Assembly (NCBI GenBank): GCA_003427395.1
Contig: BFEA01000032.1
Location: 1,339,284-1,403,283 of the forward strand
Source: Chara braunii
Taxonomy: Eukaryota > Plantae > Charophyceae
Length of the DNA: 64,000 bases
Direction of reading: 5' to 3'
The notes under the pieces were generated by a model. That model was not told where the DNA came from and ran no database searches. It worked only from the letters and a program-made list of their open reading frames with translations. This document shows positions 60,780 to 64,000 of this stretch, piece after piece; the stretch's first letter is position 1, and each line of letters begins with the position of its first letter. The position numbers and the translations under genes were made by a program.

Positions 60780-61590
60780 ACAGACCGCCACGTGGACTGA
60801 GGGGAGGAATGGGCCACGAAAGTGAGATGCAGCAGGAGTCGATAATCCACGGGAGGATGAACACGATCTCATGCTTTGAAGAGGAAAGAGGGAAGAGGAC
60901 TGAGGATAACGGAAAAAAGTGGGTGGACAAGGGAATGGTGTACCGGAGCGAGATGCAGCAGGAATCAACGATCCACAGTAGGGTCAACATATAGCTAACA
61001 GCCGACTGCCACGTGGATGGATGACCATGTGTGATTATCGTGTCCCTTTGTGTTTTGCCTTTTTTCTTTTTTGTCCTGGTATTGTATGTACCCAGTACGT
61101 CTCAGGCACAAAAGAAAAGAAGAGGCAAAAAAAATGGCAAACAACAGACCACCACGTGGACGCACAGATCTAGAGTAGATGGACAAAGACAAATGGGCGA
61201 CGGAGTGAGATGCAGCAAGAATAAACCATCCGTGGGAAGATGAACACACATGGATGCTTCTAGAAGGAAAGAGAGAGGAGGAGGAGGGAGGACCACAGGA
61301 AAGAGTGGACAGAAGTGGGCCACAGGAGTGAGATGCAACAGGAATCAACCATCCATAGGAGGATGAACACCTGTACAAGCTTCCAGGACGAAAGAGCGAG
61401 GAGGGAGGACGATGGGAAGACACACCAGAGCGAGATGGAGCAAGAATCAACAAAGATCCACAGGAGGATAAAAAAGACAAGTACAATCGATGATGCGAAA
61501 GAAAGAAGAAGACAAACAGTTAACAGCAGACCGCCACGTGGACGAATTGGGCAATGCGTGTTAATCATGTCCCTTTGTATTTTTGCCTTG
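60780..61590 (+). repeat. Direct repeat copy 2 (same family as 54070-54660, with extra subrepeats)
   Basis: ccacgggaggatgaacac...catgctttga.gaggaaagagg...gagcgagatgca.caggaatcaacgatccaca...gtgattatc.tgtccctttgtgtttt shared with copy 1. Confidence 0.85.
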
Positions 61591-62559
61591 TATGTTCTTT
61601 GTTGTAATAGCTAGTCACGTCTTTGTTCTACTTTTCCCCCAAGTATCTTTTTTCCCCCCTTCTTTTTGCCCGTACGCATGTTTGCAACTTTGCATCTTCC
61701 ATCAACTTTCAAGTGATTTCTGGCAACTATTCCTATCTATCTGTCCGTCTCCGCCCCGTTCCTCTTCCCTCCTCCTCCTCTTCCCTCCTCCACTCTCTTC
61801 TCTGCTCCCCTCCTCCCCTCCTGCTGCCATGACGGCACTGCGGCGGGTCCACTTGTTTCTCTAATATCTCAAGTGAAATCGTTCTAGCAACAACCATCGT
61901 CTTTATCCTCCCTCCCATGCTTCTCCGCTTATGGTATTCTGTCGTCATTTCCCTCCCACTCCTGTTTTGCTCTCTCCCCTTTTAATCTTTCCTTCGCTCT
62001 TCCCTTTTTCCCTCCCTTCTTAATCTCCCCTTGTGCCCCACCGTTTTGCTCTCTTCCCCGTGCTCTCTGCATTCATGCTCCTCCCACCATTTTAGCTCTG
62101 CCTGGTCGGTGCTTTGATACAGACGATGTTTACATCGTAGAGTGTTGTACAAGGTGCGAGTCAAGCCATGGACGGTGCAATCAAAGCATGTGAAACATGA
62201 AAGTCGAGATCCCCTCGGCAGCGGGTGTTCTAACCAGAAGAATGAAACTTCAGAAACAGAATAAACCAATGTCTATTAGATTTGGGTCCAACGCCCTTCT
62301 TGCTTGGGCCCGATCCCACTGGGTCCCTAAGGTTCCCATGTAAGTCGTGACGGAGTCCCAACCAAGAGGAGTCCCACATGGAATCAATTTTTGCCTCTAC
62401 CGTACTAAAAAACGAATTTAAACTTCCAGCAGAACCTACAGACTACAGCCATTCAGATGAAAAGACAAAGCATTGTAGAAGGATTCAGCATTCAAATCAA
62501 GATACTTCAGTTCTCCATCCATCAGGTGAGTAAGTAGTTCACACATTCAAACACACGAT

Positions 62560-62699
62560 CAAGACCACAGAGGAGTAGGAAAGAAACCCAGAATAACCCC
62601 AACAGGATAAGTCAACCTTGTACTATTCATTAACTTGCCGGGGGATTAGGAACCGGACTGTTGCTCCCCAGAATGGCAGGAGCCAGAACCAAGAGGTTC

Positions 62700-62753
<54 letters not shown>
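62560..62753 (+). mobile_element. Short insert ending in a ~49-nt poly-A tail (retroposed 3' end)
   Basis: Pure A-run at 62705-62753; 5' boundary uncertain. Confidence 0.4.
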
Positions 62754-62754
<1 letters not shown>

Positions 62755-63469
62755 ATGCACACATACATGGGCATCCCGTAGGTGCACAACACTTACCTGA
62801 GTGGCCTGAGCTTCGAGATCAATAATACTCACCCCCCTCTCATATGATACTCCTGACTCCTATAACACTACCCCTACACTAGTGTCCTATCTCACAACAC
62901 CCAAGTGCAACGCCAGGTCCCCCTCCGATGTTGTAGAACGAAGTAGCAACTTACAACCTGGAGGTGCTGAATGGCTGCTGTCCCTCAAGTTCGCCTACTT
63001 GAGGGAACCCCTAAAGTCACCAATCTCCCTTGAATCAGATTCCAGGTGCGAGTGCCTCACTATCGCCTCTCTAAAGTCGTCGCACGAAATCTCTACGAAA
63101 TGTCTCACCACCCCAATCTCACTCTAAAGTAACCTGGTTAGGTCTAGTGTTAGCCCCACATGACCTAACCAGGTGGCGGCAGTTTGTGACACACGACTTT
63201 CTGGTTTGCACGACTTTCTGCGTGATTGCATTTTGGGGGCTGGGAGGAGGGGCGTGATCGGATTACACAAGTACTCCCATTCTTTTGCTCTTTTTCCTTG
63301 TTTTGTGAAAACTTGGTCCCATGGCGGTTGGTAGTCAGGATGCGCCTTACAACGCAGAAATAACAACTGACGTGGCCTCTTTCTTTTTCTGTTGGGAACG
63401 GGGAAGGGAGATGCGGCGCGATCATCGCACGGGGAAATTGTTTTGAATTTTGAAATGCTGGGGAAAATA

Positions 63470-63760
63470 CAAGAGCAATAGGAATTGGGACTTTAATTAG
63501 ATTAGGATTTTGGGGTCGTCATATTTTCTTTGTGGTAACTGCANGGTGCTCCTTGCTCGGCGCTCTACGTCGTCTCGCACTCTATTCCCGCCGCGCCTTG
63601 ATTCTAGTCTCAACTGTAGTCCCTTCTAGTTCCTCGTAACTGTAATCTTCTCGCCCCTGGTTTCTCACCGTGTTGAAACGTGCAGCCCCTCTCTCTCCAC
63701 CTCATTGGCTACAATGGTGCATGCCCTGAATCGATGCGTGGAAAGTGGCTACATCCCCCG
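63470..63760 (-). repeat. Diverged inverted homolog of 50790-51060
   Basis: Reverse complement shares gggg.atgta.cc.ct.tcc.cgcatcgat.ca..gcatgca, attacagttac and aaaatcctaat...aattcctat with 50790-51060. Confidence 0.6.
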
Positions 63761-64000
63761 TGCAGCGCCTTAGACATGCCTTCCGCAGGCACTTCCTTCT
63801 CTCACAAGCGGTTAATGGAAGACCCAAAATTCGGGTTTTTTTGCCGCATCACTGGAAGGCAAAAAAAAACAAAAACAAAAAAACTCAAGAGCACTATAAA
63901 ACCCTATTCGGAGTCACTTTCGGAGTTCGCTGCATCTTTCTTCGAGTCTGATGTTTTCTCCAACTTTTTTGTTACTGGTCCAAATACAGTGAAACTGAAT

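Overview
Repeat-rich eukaryotic scaffold with eight N-gaps, long (CT)n/(GA)n/(CA)n microsatellites and poly-A/T tracts. The plant-type site-2 protease, chromovirus, L1-like and Helitron content suggest a streptophyte alga or land plant (Chara-like); this is an inference. No clearly intact protein-coding gene was found. Recognisable components: (1) two oppositely oriented arrays of an ~82-bp tandem repeat (3.2-7.1 kb and 11.5-14.9 kb), one interrupted by a MITE with an 8-bp TSD; (2) a decayed DDD transposase of Sola1/DUF7869 type (22.5-25.0 kb); (3) a co-oriented cluster of 4-5 orphan ORFs after it (25.9-31.1 kb) that share an unrecognised ungapped motif, so it looks like a paralogous cargo-gene array on a large DNA transposon, the most novel-looking element here; (4) a 5'-truncated Ty3/gypsy chromovirus with its 3' LTR (31.9-36.8 kb); (5) a decayed Helitron Rep-Hel on the minus strand with an in-frame deletion of the helicase N-terminus (43.4-47.3 kb); (6) several LINE fragments and poly-A-tailed inserts; (7) an intronless site-2 protease (peptidase M50) pseudogene between ~0.5-0.6-kb direct repeats (54-61.4 kb). 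Family names come from motif recognition by eye, not from database searches.
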